Shown: one piece after another, positions 10,975 through 23,887 of the stretch
Position numbering within the stretch: the first letter of the stretch is position 1
How the letters are laid out: every line of letters begins with the position of its first letter
Assembly (NCBI RefSeq): GCF_001194135.2
Contig: NC_068986.1
Location: forward strand, 107,649,267-107,691,786
DNA length: 42,520 bases
From: Octopus bimaculoides
Taxonomy: Eukaryota
Direction: 5' to 3'
Notes under the pieces: model-generated
Seen by the model: only the letters and a program-made list of their open reading frames with translations
What the model was told of the DNA's origin: nothing
Database searches by the model: none
Program-made: the position numbers and the translations under genes

Positions 10975-11004
10975 CTTAAGAAGTGGAGCTTAGTTTCCTG
11001 AGAA

Positions 11005-11107
11005 GATTTTAGGGTGGGAATTATTACCAATTCCACTATATGACTGATACCTATTTCATCGACCCAGAAGGATGAAAAATGAAGTTGTTCCATACAAAGA
11101 TTTGAAA
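11005..11107 (-). mobile_element. SINE family B fragment, degraded
   Basis: TGATACCTATTTCATCGACCCAGAAGGATGAAAA matches the family B central domain. Confidence 0.5.
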
Positions 11108-11326
11108 TGAAGTGGTAAAAGAACCGGAGTGAATACGGACTCGACATCCCACCATTCTCTGCAATGCTATGGCATATTGAATTTTTCACGCGCACACACG
11201 TGCACATACACACACATATGTATACATACATATATATATATATTTAGAAAGAGAGAGAGATACATACATATATATGTATATATATATATATATACATACG
11301 TACATGCATACATACATGTATATTTA

Positions 11327-11371
<45 letters not shown>

Positions 11372-11511
11372 ATACATATGTGTGTGTGTGTGTGTGTGTA
11401 TATATTAATTTCTCGAAAATGAATAGACATATAATGGCAACTAACACCAAATTATATCCGATTCCTGTTATTACAATAACGCTTCATACAGTGTGCTATA
11501 AGATAAGATGA

Positions 11512-11578
11512 AATAATATATAATATAATATATAATATAATATAATATATAATATAATATAATATAATATAATATAAT
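11512..11578. repeat. (ATATA)n pentanucleotide repeat
   Basis: Direct reading. Confidence 0.9.
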
Positions 11579-12144
11579 GTAATAAAAGAGAATACGATAT
11601 AAGATAATATCATAAAACAGACTGTGATATCAAGATATTTTAGATCTCAATAAAGTAAAACTGCACCAGATCGGTAAGTTTGTTATGAATATTGAAATAC
11701 AATTCGTTAATACGTTAGATATTTCAGGAATTTTATATGCTAAGATAAATATCGTTAGAGCAGCCTAATAAGTCTTCGTTTTCACTGAGCCTTCGACAGA
11801 TATACAAAGAATTCATTCCTATGTTATATTTTGGTAGCTGATCATATGTCCTTGTATACATTCTATAAACTGTTGTGTTAACAGTTCTGGTGCTTTTGGA
11901 TAGTTTGCGTGTTGTGTTTGAGTATCTAGACTAACCTTTCTAAATGTTTTATATATTCTGCTCGAATAATAAGGCTATTGCGTCTATATTCTACTTCTTT
12001 CTTTCCAGTAACAGGTCAAATATTTCTGTTTCATCTTTATACTTCAGTTACGGACCTAATACTTACAAACACACACATACACGCACTCATACGCAGACCA
12101 CACACACTCACACACACATACTATATTAATATACTGTGATATAC

Positions 12145-12221
<77 letters not shown>

Positions 12222-12222
<1 letters not shown>

Positions 12223-12372
12223 TTTTATTCTTTTACTTGTTTCAGTCATTTGACTGCGACCATGCTGGAGCGCTGCCTTTAGTCAAACAAATCGACCCCA
12301 AGAGTTAATCTTTGAAAGCCTAGTACTTATTCTATTGGCCTCTTTTGCCGAAACGCTAAGTTATGGGGATAC

Positions 12373-12408
<36 letters not shown>

Positions 12409-12528
12409 GACGAGTTTCTTTCAGTTTCCGTCACCCAAATACACTCACAAGGCTTTGGTTGGCCCAAGGCTATAGTAGAAGACACTTGCCCAAGGTGTCA
12501 TACAGCTGGACTAAACCCAGAACCATGT
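12222..12528 (-). mobile_element. SINE family A, 5'-truncated copy with internal (TA)n
   Basis: Tail TTTTACTTGTTTCAGTCATTTGACTGCGACCATGCTGGAGC; CORE-like TATAGTAGAAGACACTTGCCCAAGGTG; internal (TA)n at about 12378-12406. Confidence 0.92.
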
Positions 12529-13114
12529 AGTGATTAATAAAAATCCTCGTATCTTCCATCTTCCGTCTTTCGACACATCTAGCATCGATCCCTCATAGGC
12601 GGGATACTTCTCTTCAGGTGATAAATATATATAATTCGTTTAAATAACAGTTTCGCAGCGTATTTTCACATTTCGTGTAAAGAAAGGCAACAAATTAAAG
12701 GATATATCTTCATTTGTATAGAAGATCAATAATAAAATAACAGATGCAAAAAAGAAACGAACACAAGAATAAGTGTTAACGGATATGGATGTATAAACGC
12801 CCACGCGTAAGTTGTATGACGCATGTACACTCGCTCATACAAGCATCCACGAAGATATAAGCATACGCACATATGTTCACATAGCGAGTTAAATAGCTAC
12901 TTGGTGTTTATAAGAATGGGGAGATTAAAGCTAAACATAATTCATTCATACCTTAAAGTAAATTATCTTAACGGTTATCCAAATGTATTCCCATTGCATC
13001 AATTATTCAGTTTCGCCCAAGACTGGGCTGTTCGTGGCTGTAGGGCAGATTAAATTGTTTAAGATATAATGACGCTTTCAGATTGGATAGGTGTGGATGA
13101 ATGATGACTTTGAA

Positions 13115-13343
13115 GGCGAGCTGGCAGAATGGTTAGCACGCTGGGCGAAGTGCTTACCGGTATTTCGTCTGCCGTTACGTTCTGAGTTCAAATTCCGCCG
13201 AGGTCGACTTTGCCTTTCATCTCCTTTCGGGATCGATTAAATAAGTACCAGTTACGCACTGGGGTTGATGTAATCGACTTAATCCTTTTGTCTGTCCTTG
13301 TTTGTCCTCTCTATGTCTAGCCCCCTGTGGGCATTAAGAAAAT
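13115..13343 (+). mobile_element. SINE family B (B1 tail), full length
   Basis: tRNA-like head with A box TGGCAGAATGGTTAG and B box GAGTTCAAATTCC; central GTCGACTTTGCCTTTCATC..GGGATCGATTAAATAAGTACCAG; tail TGTCTGTCCTTGTTTGTCC..GTGGGCATTAAGAAA. Confidence 0.95.
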
Positions 13344-13359
13344 GTTGGGATTATACGAA

Positions 13360-13870
13360 ATTAGATTACATTAATTAGATTACTTAGATATATTTAGACC
13401 AAAGATTGGTCCAGGTCATGTCTAACGTAATAATGCCATCTGATAAGATTTGCTAAATAATCTTTAAGTCAAGTTTTGTGGTATCATGGCCCATTCAAGT
13501 GGGGGGGGGTTCTTGCTGTGTGAGCTGTATCCAGGTATGGGTGGCTTATCTGGTATCCCTTGAAGAAATTTGTCCAGATTCCATTTAAAGGTGATGGGAA
13601 CTTTTTCCTCTGATTTGTTTTGGGACAATAATAAATAGGGCAGGACCTCTTGAGGGAAAGAAATTGCGTTGAAATTTATTTATGTGTTGTGATCCTGAAT
13701 GAATTGCGTAGGGGATGTATGGCACTTGGAGGAATTCTGAAACTAATGTTCAGTTCGTTTGGAAAATGTTGGTGGTATGTTCCCCATATTGTGCAAATGA
13801 TGTATCGCTCACAGCGGCGCAGGAGAGAACAGAGTTTCAATGCTTTAAGGCGATATTAGAAAGATATTAT
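13360..13870 (-). mobile_element. 3' part of a second CR1/L2-group LINE family
   Basis: Minus strand: RLKALKLCSLLRRCERYIICTIW, HQHFPNELNISFRI, RGPALFIIVPKQI, FKWNLDKFLQGIPDKPPIPGY (frameshifted), then a 3' UTR unlike the LINE at 10695. Boundaries approximate. Confidence 0.85.
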
Positions 13871-14260
13871 TACGCTGTGTATAAGTATGAATAGGCTGGG
13901 ACATTCCTTAATTCAATTCAAGCTATGAGTTATCTATCTATGTCATTGCGGTTGTCAAAGGAAGGTAAAATTATTGTGGATCACCTTTGCTTTGGTTCAA
14001 TCGATGAGACATTTTAGAGGAATTTTTAGAGGAAAGCAAAGTTTTGGGGATAGGTAATTACTCTGGAAATAATCTTAAGGAAGGCTATTGCTCACCTTGC
14101 CCTTCATATAAACTAGCTTCAAACAATTTAATCTGAACACCCAAATTTTAATATAATAAACCGTCTTTGCACTCTAAGTAACCTATTGCATTCTTTGTCA
14201 GAGAATGCTTGGAACATGCAGAATATATTTTGAAGATACTTTACAACTCAATACATACAT

Positions 14261-14319
<59 letters not shown>

Positions 14320-15143
14320 CATATATACATATATACATATACATTTATATATATACATGCATGTATGTGTATATATATATATATATATNNNNNNNNNNNN
14401 NNNNNNNNNNNNNNNNNNNNNNNNNNNNNNNNNNNNNNNNNNNNNNNNNNNNNNNNNNNNNNNNNNNNNNNNNNNNNNNNNNNNNNNNNNNNNNNNNNNN
14501 NNNNNNNNNNNNNNNNNNNNNNNNNNNNNNNNNNNNNNNNNNNNNNNNNNNNNNNNNNNNNNNNNNNNNNNNNNNNNNNNNNNNNNNNNNNNNNNNNNNN
14601 NNNNNNNNNNNNNNNNNNNNNNNNNNNNNNNNNNNNNNNNNNNNNNNNNNNNNNNNNNNNNNNNNNNNNNNNNNNNNNNNNNNNNNNNNNNNNNNNNNNN
14701 NNNNNNNNNNNNNNNNNNNNNNNNNNNNNNNNNNNNNNNNNNNNNNNNNNNNNNNNNNNNNNNNNNNNNNNNNNNNNNNNNNNNNNNNNNNNNNNNNNNN
14801 NNNNNNNNNNNNNNNNNNNNNNNNNNNNNNNNNNNNNNNNNNNNNNNNNNNNNNNNNNNNNNNNNNNNNNNNNNNNNNNNNNNNNNNNNNNNNNNNNNNN
14901 NNNNNNNNNNNNNNNNNNNNNNNNNNNNNNNNNNNNNNNNNNNNNNNNNNNNNNNNNNNNNNNNNNNNNNNNNNNNNNNNNNNNNNNNNNNNNNNNNNNN
15001 NNNNNNNNNNNNNNNNNNNNNNNNNNNNNNNNNNNNNNNNNNNNNNNNNNNNNNNNNNNNNNNNNNCTATCTAATTAGAAACCTTATGTCGAAAAATACA
15101 TATACAGTCCACTTAACATTGCACATATGCACATGCAGGTAAG

Positions 15144-15144
15144 T

Positions 15145-15187
<43 letters not shown>

Positions 15188-15320
15188 CATACATACATAC
15201 ATACATACATACATACATACAAAGACAAAGGGACTGAAGGGCATAAGCATAGATAGATAGGCAAACAGACAGACAGTCAGACAGGTAGATATATATATAG
15301 ATATATATATAGATAGATAC

Positions 15321-15394
<74 letters not shown>
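15144..15394. repeat. Compound (GATA)n/(CATA)n/(CAGA)n tract
   Basis: Direct reading. Confidence 0.9.
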
Positions 15395-15395
<1 letters not shown>

Positions 15396-15504
15396 CTCGC
15401 AGATCTTCATTGGCATTACTCCACGTATCCATCTTGAACTTATCTATATATTACATTCACGAAAGTTGCATATGTGTAATACGTAGGTACCTACGTGTAT
15501 GCGC

Positions 15505-15506
<2 letters not shown>

Positions 15507-15556
<50 letters not shown>
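15507..15556. repeat. (GT)n microsatellite
   Basis: Direct reading. Confidence 0.95.
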
Positions 15557-15566
<10 letters not shown>

Positions 15567-15744
15567 ATATGTGCATGCGTACATGCGTGTTTCTTGTGTG
15601 AAAGCTTGGTGCGTAGGTATACAGGTAAAATATTGATATCTGACAAGAACAAACATTTTGGAGGAATGAATAGTTTTTTTCAGTTGACCCCCAGTACTTT
15701 ATTGATAGTTTTTTTGTTTTGTTTTGCTTTTCTTGTGGGTTGTA

Positions 15745-15840
15745 TCGATCGTATAATCGAATTAAACGCTAAGTCGTACGTAGCGGGTTCGAACTCGGAG
15801 AGTTATGGAATGTGACTAATAACCACTGGGCTATTTTACC
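15745..15840 (-). mobile_element. Degraded tRNA-like SINE head (unassigned family)
   Basis: Reverse complement TAGCCCAGTGGTTA...GAGTTCGAACCCG has A-box and B-box-like motifs. Confidence 0.4.
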
Positions 15841-15850
15841 AAAATTTTTC

Positions 15851-16008
15851 GCACGCATAGCGTATAAGCAAACTCTTGCTTCCCAGTCAGATGGTTCAGG
15901 GTTCAGTCCCACTGCGTGGCACCTTGAGCAAGTGTCTTCTACTATAGCCACGAGTCGACCAAAGCCTTGTGAGTGGATTTAGTAGACGGAAACTGAAAGA
16001 AGCCCGTC
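15851..16008 (+). mobile_element. SINE family A, 5' half
   Basis: GGTTCAGTCCCACTGCGTGGCACCTTGAGCAAGTGTCTTCTACTATAGCC..GTAGACGGAAACTGAAAGAAGCCCGTC. Confidence 0.92.
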
Positions 16009-16059
16009 TTAAAAATTTATAAATAAATGTGGAAGGGGGATATCTTTGTGGCGTTGTGG

Positions 16060-16112
<53 letters not shown>

Positions 16113-16189
16113 AATGCACAGAAGGATAAAGCTTCTTCCCGACTCATATAGAGACAAGCCAGGCTTCTCGGAGTCTGTGTCGTATGTAT

Positions 16190-16325
16190 TCCCTCCTAGA
16201 TCGGACGCCGGTCAGTGGCAATAATACTCTATTTCGGCCATGAAATGAAGTGTTTTACTCAAGAACACAACGCCTCGTCCTGTCCTGGAATTGTAACCAC
16301 AATCTTACAATCAGGAATCCTATGT
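16190..16325 (-). mobile_element. SINE family D fragment (tRNA head plus CORE-like segment)
   Basis: Reverse complement GATTGTGGTTACAATTCC..GGCGTTGTGTTCTTGAGTAAAACACTTCATTTCA; similar architecture to 39660-39875. Confidence 0.55.
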
Positions 16326-16474
16326 GCATATAGAGTTATAATCAATGCTGTGTCCTCATGAAACTCATCTGCCTATTCTAGTAATCCAAAATTGGATGAA
16401 GATGCGTTGCATGCCTAAGAGTTGAAAAATACTGAAAAATAATTTTTGAAGAATAATTACAGGAGATTGAAAAA

Positions 16475-16605
16475 AATGTTGGTGTTATTTATTCACCATT
16501 ACACGTGTTTCATAAGCTAATAGAAGTTACAAAACTGTACATGTAAGATAAACATCTAAGATATCTCCTATTAGAAATTCTTCAGACAGAGAATCAAAAA
16601 ATGTT
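16475..16605. mobile_element. Single arm of the fold-back element family seen at 19762-20094
   Basis: TTATTTATT.ACCATTACAC.TGTTTCAT...AGAAATTCTTCAGACAGAGAA aligns with 19785-19897. Confidence 0.7.
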
Positions 16606-17978
16606 ATATGTGTAATTTGATTCTATGTTGGAATAATTTCTAATAGAAGATCGATCGTATTTAAGTTTATTTCTGATTTTAAATGACGATGAGATTTTCC
16701 TCTCCCTTTCTCGCTCTCTCTCCTTTTTTTTTCTTCACTGTTAAAAGAGAGGGAAAATGGAAAAGAAGTCCGTCGCATTTGATTTTTAATTTTAAATGAC
16801 TATAGACTAACTAATTTCATGATCTCGAGTTATGTGATACTGAAGAACTCAAACAAGAGCGAAATGGTACTATCCACAACTACTGAAATGTCTAATAAAT
16901 GAATTATATAGAAATATGGAAATATTATGTTCTTTCCCTCTTTACTCATGGGAAGAAAAGACACTCAACGTAGGAAAAAAATTAGACCTAGTAGCGGTTC
17001 TCTCCCCTTGAGATGAATATTCACCCTTTCTCTTACCTCATAGTAATCTCTCTCTCTCTTTCCTTTTCTCGCTCTGTCTCCTTTTTCTCTCTCTCTCTCT
17101 CACACTCTCTCTCTTGCTCCAAAAGTAATTATAAGTGGTAGCAACAGTTTTCAGTTAAATAACCGTGTGTATAACTTAGATAGTTTTCTTGTATGTACAG
17201 CTTTGTAGTTCCTATTAGCAAATGAAATACGTGTAATAGTGAATAAACAGTGCCAAAATTCTCTCCCAACCTTCTATTTTGCTATGTGTGAGCGTGTGCA
17301 CGCGCTTGTGTGTGTGTATGTGCGTGTGTAAGTGTGTGCGTGTGGGCATATACGTGTATCTGTGTCTGTGTGAGTGCGTGTTTGTGTTTGACTGTGTATG
17401 TATGTGTGTGATCTGAGTTAATAAACTCGAGATCATTTGATTTGTAAGGTAAACTATACATATATTGTGTGTGCTTTCAGAAGAAATGCTATTTAGCTTT
17501 GCTATATTGGAAAATTAAACAATGCTGTTAAACAACAGATACGTCTTTCCATGTGGGGATGGAGAGGTGGGGTGGAAAGGCGACTGTCATTGCTGAGAGC
17601 TTGATAAAAGTTGAATTAGTCAGAACTGTTTCGCTTTCTGACTGGAAGAATGAACCGGCGATGTAACCTCACACACCCAATTATTCTAAAATGAAAACGA
17701 TGTTTATTGCACTATTCACTAATGTTACATGTATGGCGGTTGGCTATATGTACGCACGCACACACACACATATATATCTATATCTATATGTATATATATT
17801 ATGATTGTATGTATGTATTTATATATATACAAATTAAATAACCAGGGAACAGTAATTACGTATCTGTTCTCATGATATTTATTTAATTTCATATTACGTT
17901 CTGTACTCAAATCGCACCTAATTGTGAATAACACTAGGTTATCAGTGTCGCTATATTTAAGCGAAATTTTAAAATACA

Positions 17979-18015
<37 letters not shown>

Positions 18016-18354
18016 ATATATACCTGTGTTTGTGTGCGTATGTGTATGTGTTTCTGAATATATGTGTGTGCATTCGGAATAGTTAGATCTAACTACACTG
18101 CAATAAAGCAGCTTCATAATGTAACTTGTACACGAGCGTTCAGAAAGATGTGTTACTCTATAATATATTCCGTCCGGATCCTTAATTGCTGTTCAACAGC
18201 CATTGTTCTAACCGTTACATTAGAATGTCCTTAAGTATAGCCATAGCCATCGAATGCTTCTTTGTGATATCAATGTAAAGGTCTTTCAAATTCGTACTTT
18301 AAAAGAGCTTTTAAGCCATCCAAACACTTTGCTGGCATTGTACTTTGTACTCTC

Positions 18355-18579
18355 TCTTTTACTCCTTTACTTGTTTCAGTCATTTGACTGTGGCCATGCT
18401 GGAGCACCACCTTTAGTCGAGCAAATCGACCCCAGGACTTATTCTTTGTAAGCCTAGTACTTAGTCTGTCGGTATCTTTTGCCGAACCGCTAAGTTACGA
18501 GGACGTAAACACACCACCATCGGTTGTCAAGCGATGTTGGGGAGACAAACACAGATACACAAGCACATACACACACATA

Positions 18580-18612
<33 letters not shown>

Positions 18613-18646
18613 GACGGGATTCTTTCAGTTTCTGTCTACCAAATCC
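18355..18646 (-). mobile_element. SINE family A, young-looking copy cut by an assembly gap
   Basis: Near-identical to the family pattern from tail (TTTACTTGTTTCAGTCATTTGACTGTGGCCATGCTGGAGCACC) through the internal microsatellite to TCTTTCAGTTTCTGTCTACCAAATCC, then N. Confidence 0.95.
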
Positions 18647-19328
18647 NNNNNNNNNNNNNNNNNNNNNNNNNNNNNNNNNNNNNNNNNNNNNNNNNNNNNN
18701 NNNNNNNNNNNNNNNNNNNNNNNNNNNNNNNNNNNNNNNNNNNNNNNNNNNNNNNNNNNNNNNNNNNNNNNNNNNNNNNNNNNNNNNNNNNNNNNNNNNN
18801 NNNNNNNNNNNNNNNNNNNNNNNNNNNNNNNNNNNNNNNNNNNNNNNNNNNNNNNNNNNNNNNNNNNNNNNNNNNNNNNNNNNNNNNNNNNNNNNNNNNN
18901 NNNNNNNNNNNNNNNNNNNNNNNNNNNNNNNNNNNNNNNNNNNNNNNNNNNNNNNNNNNNNNNNNNNNNNNNNNNNNNNNNNNNNNNNNNNNNNNNNNNN
19001 NNNNNNNNNNNNNNNNNNNNNNNNNNNNNNNNNNNNNNNNNNNNNNNNNNNNNNNNNNNNNNNNNNNNNNNNNNNNNNNNNNNNNNNNNNNNNNNNNNNN
19101 NNNNNNNNNNNNNNNNNNNNNNNNNNNNNNNNNNNNNNNNNNNNNNNNNNNNNNNNNNNNNNNNNNNNNNNNNNNNNNNNNNNNNNNNNNNNNNNNNNNN
19201 NNNNNNNNNNNNNNNNNNNNNNNNNNNNNNNNNNNNNNNNNNNNNNNNNNNNNNNNNNNNNNNNNNNNNNNNNNNNNNNNNNNNNNNNNNNNNNNNNNNN
19301 NNNNGGTAGGCAGGTATTTAGGTATTAA

Positions 19329-19560
19329 GGTGTCGAGGTGGCAGAATCGTTAGCACGCCGGGCGAAATGCTTTGCGGTATATCGTCTGCCGCTACGTTCT
19401 GAGTTCAAATTCCGCCGAGGTCGACTTTGCCTTTCATCCTTTCGGGGTCGATTAAATAAGTACCAGTTACGCATTGGGGTCGATGTAATCGACTTAATCA
19501 ACTTGTCTGTCTTTGTTTGTCCCCTCTATGTTTAGCTCCTTGTGGGCAATAAAGAAATAA
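19329..19560 (+). mobile_element. SINE family B (B1 tail), full length, inserted in a (TAGG)n tract
   Basis: A box TGGCAGAATCGTTAG, B box GAGTTCAAATTCC, B1 tail ending AATAAAGAAATAA; GTATTTAGGTA flanks both sides (19314-19324, 19561-19571), a candidate TSD. Confidence 0.95.
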
Positions 19561-19761
19561 GTATTTAGGTAGATAGGTAGGTAGGTAGGTAGGTAGGTAG
19601 GTAGGTAGGGTAAAGGGTCAACTACTCCCTTTTGAAGCACATCTGCTTATTCCATTATTACAATCCATTATGTATTTGCTGTCGTTATAGTACAGATACA
19701 AAGTACATATTAAAAATTTTAAATTCTGGAAATATTATTTGCAGAGTTTTTGTATAACAAA

Positions 19762-20094
19762 ACATGAAGTTGGAATATTCATTGATATTATTTATTGGCC
19801 ATTACACATGTTTCATTTGCCAATAGGAATTACAGTGTTTTACATTTTAGATAGACATGTATGGAATTTCCTATCAGAAATTCTTCAGACAGAGAAATTA
19901 AATAATATTATTATTAAATATTATTCAATAATAATATTCATTATTAAATAATCTTATTTAGTTTCTCTGATGAAGAATTTTTAATTGGCAATTCCTTACA
20001 TGTCTATCTAACATGAAAACTCTGTTATTTCTATTGGCAAATGAAACATGTGTAAAGGTCAATAAATAATACCAATAAATTTTCCAGCTTATGT
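19762..20094. mobile_element. About 330-bp AT-rich fold-back MITE-like element
   Basis: Arms about 19762-19897 and 19958-20094 are reverse complements (e.g. TTACACATGTTTCATTTGCCAATAG / CTATTGGCAAATGAAACATGTGTAA) around an AT-rich loop. Confidence 0.8.
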
Positions 20095-20120
20095 GTGTAT
20101 ATACATATATTTAAGTATAT

Positions 20121-20362
20121 ATGTGTGTGTTTGTATCTTTGTATCTGCACGTCTTTGTATCTGAGTTTTACCCCCACACCACCTGACGACCGGTGTTGGT
20201 TTGTTTACGTCACTGTAACTTAGCAATTTGGTAAAAGAGAACGATGTAGTAAGAGTCAAATTTAGAAAATAAATGCTAAATGTGATTTGATCGACTAAAA
20301 CCCTTCAAATCGGTGCCCCAGCATGGCCGCAGTCCAATGAATGAATCAAGTATAGAATAAAA
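20121..20362 (+). mobile_element. SINE family A, 3' half
   Basis: GTTTACGTC.CTGTAACTTAGC..GGTGCCCCAGCATGGCCGCAGTCCAATGA. Confidence 0.85.
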
Positions 20363-21422
20363 AAAAGTAAATGATATGACTATTTTTTTCTACACCATAA
20401 ATGTATAAACAAGGTGGAGTTTTGAACATCAACTATATAGCAATCGTTCATTTGAGACGTCAAATTTGTCTCACCACTCCTACACAAGATAATTAATAAA
20501 ATGTTGTCACATATTCCTTGCCTACGAAATTATATATTTATTTTCGTTTTCAAACATGTATCATTCTTTATTGGATTCTGATATCTTTACGCTTTTTTTC
20601 GTTTTATCTTTTTTTTTCTTTTTTTTTCTTTTTTCAAGCTCTTCTGTAAGGGAGAATGTTTTGACCTTCAAACTTTACAAATGTTTGCAAGAAATTATAT
20701 GTTCTTTTAGGTTTTGAAACACATTAAATATATCCTTGTACCTTCCATTTTCTCATATTATGAAGTTCTATTAATTATTACATTTGCGTTTGTGTAATTT
20801 ATCGACCAAAAAGAGGAACGTGCATTGAAATAATTACGGTAACTGCCATGCTTAACGATGTTAACAGCAACATGAGCTCATGTCCAATGTTATATGCATG
20901 GATGTGTTGTTAAATATTCACTCCGGCATTAGCCAATTAGTTCATTTAACGATTAACAAATATAATATTTAAGAGATTCAATATTTCAATTACTTTATCG
21001 CTGACTGTTGAAACAATTGGTGCAAAATTCTATGGTTAATTGTCTGTCTGAAACGTCTACTGTATATTTTAAAGCCAACGCACAGATATTTAGCATGGCA
21101 ACTTATTTTGTCACTTAAGTCCAGATTAGGATGGAATGTCAGTCTTATCTTTGATGTTGGGCAATGCTTCGTTGACGTCTATCCTCGTCAAAGCCTCTTT
21201 TCATCTCTTTATCTTTCTAAGTCTCTCTTTATCTCTCTCTCTCTCTCTCTCTCTCAATCAATCAATCAATCAATTAATATATATATATATATATATATAT
21301 GGAGGGTGAGTGTGTATGTACACACATACAGATGTGTGTGTATCCATTTGTGTGTGTGTGTGTGTGTGTGTGTATCTGTGTGTGTGTGTGTGTGTGTACA
21401 CACGCACATACATATATATATT

Positions 21423-21670
21423 ATCATTTGACGCCGCAGCTGCAGGCTGGAAGAAGCCTCATAGCAGGTCCTGCACCAGATGGATGGACGTGGTTAAAGA
21501 AGATCGCCGCATGGCCGACGTTACCTTGGAAGATGCAGGTGGACTTTCACGAGACCGCCAGCGATGGAGAGAACTGGTAACCCGGGTCGGCTCAACGTAT
21601 GATGACGTCTCTGGGACCACTAACATGGGATGATCTCAGCGCCGTCAAACAAGAGCATGAAGCGAAGCGA
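21423..21670 (+). mobile_element. 3' end of an RTE-like LINE
   Basis: WKKPHSRSCTRWMDVVKEDRRMADVTLEDAGGLSRDRQRWRELV fits the RTE C-terminal W.RP.GRP..RW.D...D...A.DR..WR motif; short tail ending in GAAGC repeats. Confidence 0.75.
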
Positions 21671-22790
21671 TATACATTTACATAGTGTGTTAGGGAATTC
21701 AAGAAAAAAAAGGGACGACAACACATGAGGGACACGGTTGAAGTTTAACGCTCTAATTGAAAAAGATATTGCCTTAACACTTCCGACATTATTCCTTCAT
21801 TTGAAATGTATAAGAGGAGTGAGAAAGAGAAACGGTCAGAAACAGAGAATATATAAATATATACACACATAAATACATGCATGTATGTATGTGTGTGAGC
21901 ATATATATATATATATATATATATTACTGCGGAAGGCCGGTTTATGGGATAACCCTGGGTTTCTCATTTATAAAGGTTTAACTTTATGGCGTATCGTAAG
22001 ACCCTAAACACCTATTGGCTTAAATATCTTGAAGAGGTCTTACGCCGACAGGCTTTGGGGTTTTACGATGTGCCATGAAGTTAAAACCTTAGAGTCTATT
22101 TTTTCTATGGATTCATGTTTTTTTTACAAACGATTATTTATATATNNNNNNNNNNNNNNNNNNNNNNNNNNNNNNNNNNNNNNNNNNNNNNNNNNNNNNN
22201 NNNNNNNNNNNNNNNNNNNNNNNNNNNNNNNNNNNNNNNNNNNNNNNNNNNNNNNNNNNNNNNNNNNNNNNNNNNNNNNNNNNNNNNNNNNNNNNNNNNN
22301 NNNNNNNNNNNNNNNNNNNNNNNNNNNNNNNNNNNNNNNNNNNNNNNNNNNNNNNNNNNNNNNNNNNNNNNNNNNNNNNNNNNNNNNNNNNNNNNNNNNN
22401 NNNNNNNNNNNNNNNNNNNNNNNNNNNNNNNNNNNNNNNNNNNNNNNNNNNNNNNNNNNNNNNNNNNNNNNNNNNNNNNNNNNNNNNNNNNNNNNNNNNN
22501 NNNNNNNNNNNNNNNNNNNNNNNNNNNNNNNNNNNNNNNNNNNNNNNNNNNNNNNNNNNNNNNNNNNNNNNNNNNNNNNNNNNNNNNNNNNNNNNNNNNN
22601 NNNNNNNNNNNNNNNNNNNNNNNNNNNNNNNNNNNNNNNNNNNNNNNNNNNNNNNNNNNNNNNNNNNNNNNNNNNNNNNNNNNNNNNNNNNNNNNNNNNN
22701 NNNNNNNNNNNNNNNNNNNNNNNNNNNNNNNNNNNNNNNNNNNNNNNNNNNNNNNNNNNNNNNNNNNNNNNNNNNNNNNNNNNNNNNNNN

Positions 22791-22829
<39 letters not shown>

Positions 22830-23372
22830 AGTCTTGCCTTGGTGAAAAGAACAAGCGACGCTGAAAGTATCACTTGCAATCTTTAGCGGAGAGAAGACAT
22901 TCATTCTCATTATATTATTTACCTGTATCCCTATTTTGATTAATTTCTTTGGCCAGGATATCGTAAACTTTAATATAATTAGGTGAGATATACTAATCAC
23001 AATCTGAACAATTATAGGAATTTGCTCGGCTCCCGTAGGGGATATTTTATCATCGATAAAGCTAATCTTACTCTCAAATAGAAATAGTAGTTATACACAA
23101 AAGAAATATTTCAGCTGTCTTCAACAAATATACGGAGAATATTCGCTATAATTTTTTTCTTATCATTCTTGAAAGCAGGAAGGACTATAATTTCCTGTAA
23201 GTTTAATAAAGAATCTTCTAACTTCTAAATATAGCCTATCACATGTAGGACAAGACTCCAGTTTAAGTAAACAATATTCTCTCAAACAAGCATAGAGTTC
23301 TCTCTTACATTGACAAACGTAGTCATTTTAATATACATGCATATTATGTGTGTGTGTGTGTGTGTGTGTGTA

Positions 23373-23531
23373 GGTGAAGGAGTGGCTGTGGTAAGTAGCT
23401 TGCTAACCAACCACATGGTTCCGGGTTCAGTCCTACTGGTGGCACCTTGGGCAACTGTCTTCTAGTATAGCCTCGGGCCGACCAAAGCCCCGTGAGTGGA
23501 TTTGGTAGACGGAAACAGAAAGAAGCCTGTC

Positions 23532-23562
<31 letters not shown>

Positions 23563-23776
23563 AGTGTGTGTGTGTGTATATTTGTGTGCCTGTGTTTGTC
23601 CTCCCACATCGCTTGAAAACCGATGCTGGTGTGCTTACGTCCCCGTAACCTAGCGGTTCGGCAAAAGAGACTGATAGAATAAGGAATACAAAGAATAAAT
23701 TTTGGGGTCGATTTGCTCATTTAAAGGCGGCGCTCCGGCATGGCCGCAGTCAAACGACTGAGACAAATAAAAGAAT
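23373..23776 (+). mobile_element. SINE family A, near full length (tRNA head, CORE-like domain, internal microsatellite, LINE-derived tail); possibly octopus OR1-like (name from memory)
   Basis: A box AGTGGCTGTGGTAAG, B box GGGTTCAGTCC, CCTTGGGCAACTGTCTT (CORE-like), (TA)n/(TG)n at about 23523-23580, tail GGCGGCGCTCCGGCATGGCCGCAGTCAAACGACTGAGACAAATAAAAG. Confidence 0.95.
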
Positions 23777-23848
23777 ATTTATATTTATATATTCTTTTAT
23801 ATTTACGTGTGCGTACACAAACACACATATATATATAGAGAGAGAGAG

Positions 23849-23887
<39 letters not shown>

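Noticed and set aside
11644-22982. Micro-exon candidates with good splice sites (11644-11673 +, 22957-22982 +, 22922-22966 -, about 17920-17952 -)
   Set aside because: They occur on both strands at a rate expected by chance in AT-rich DNA and give no coherent protein.
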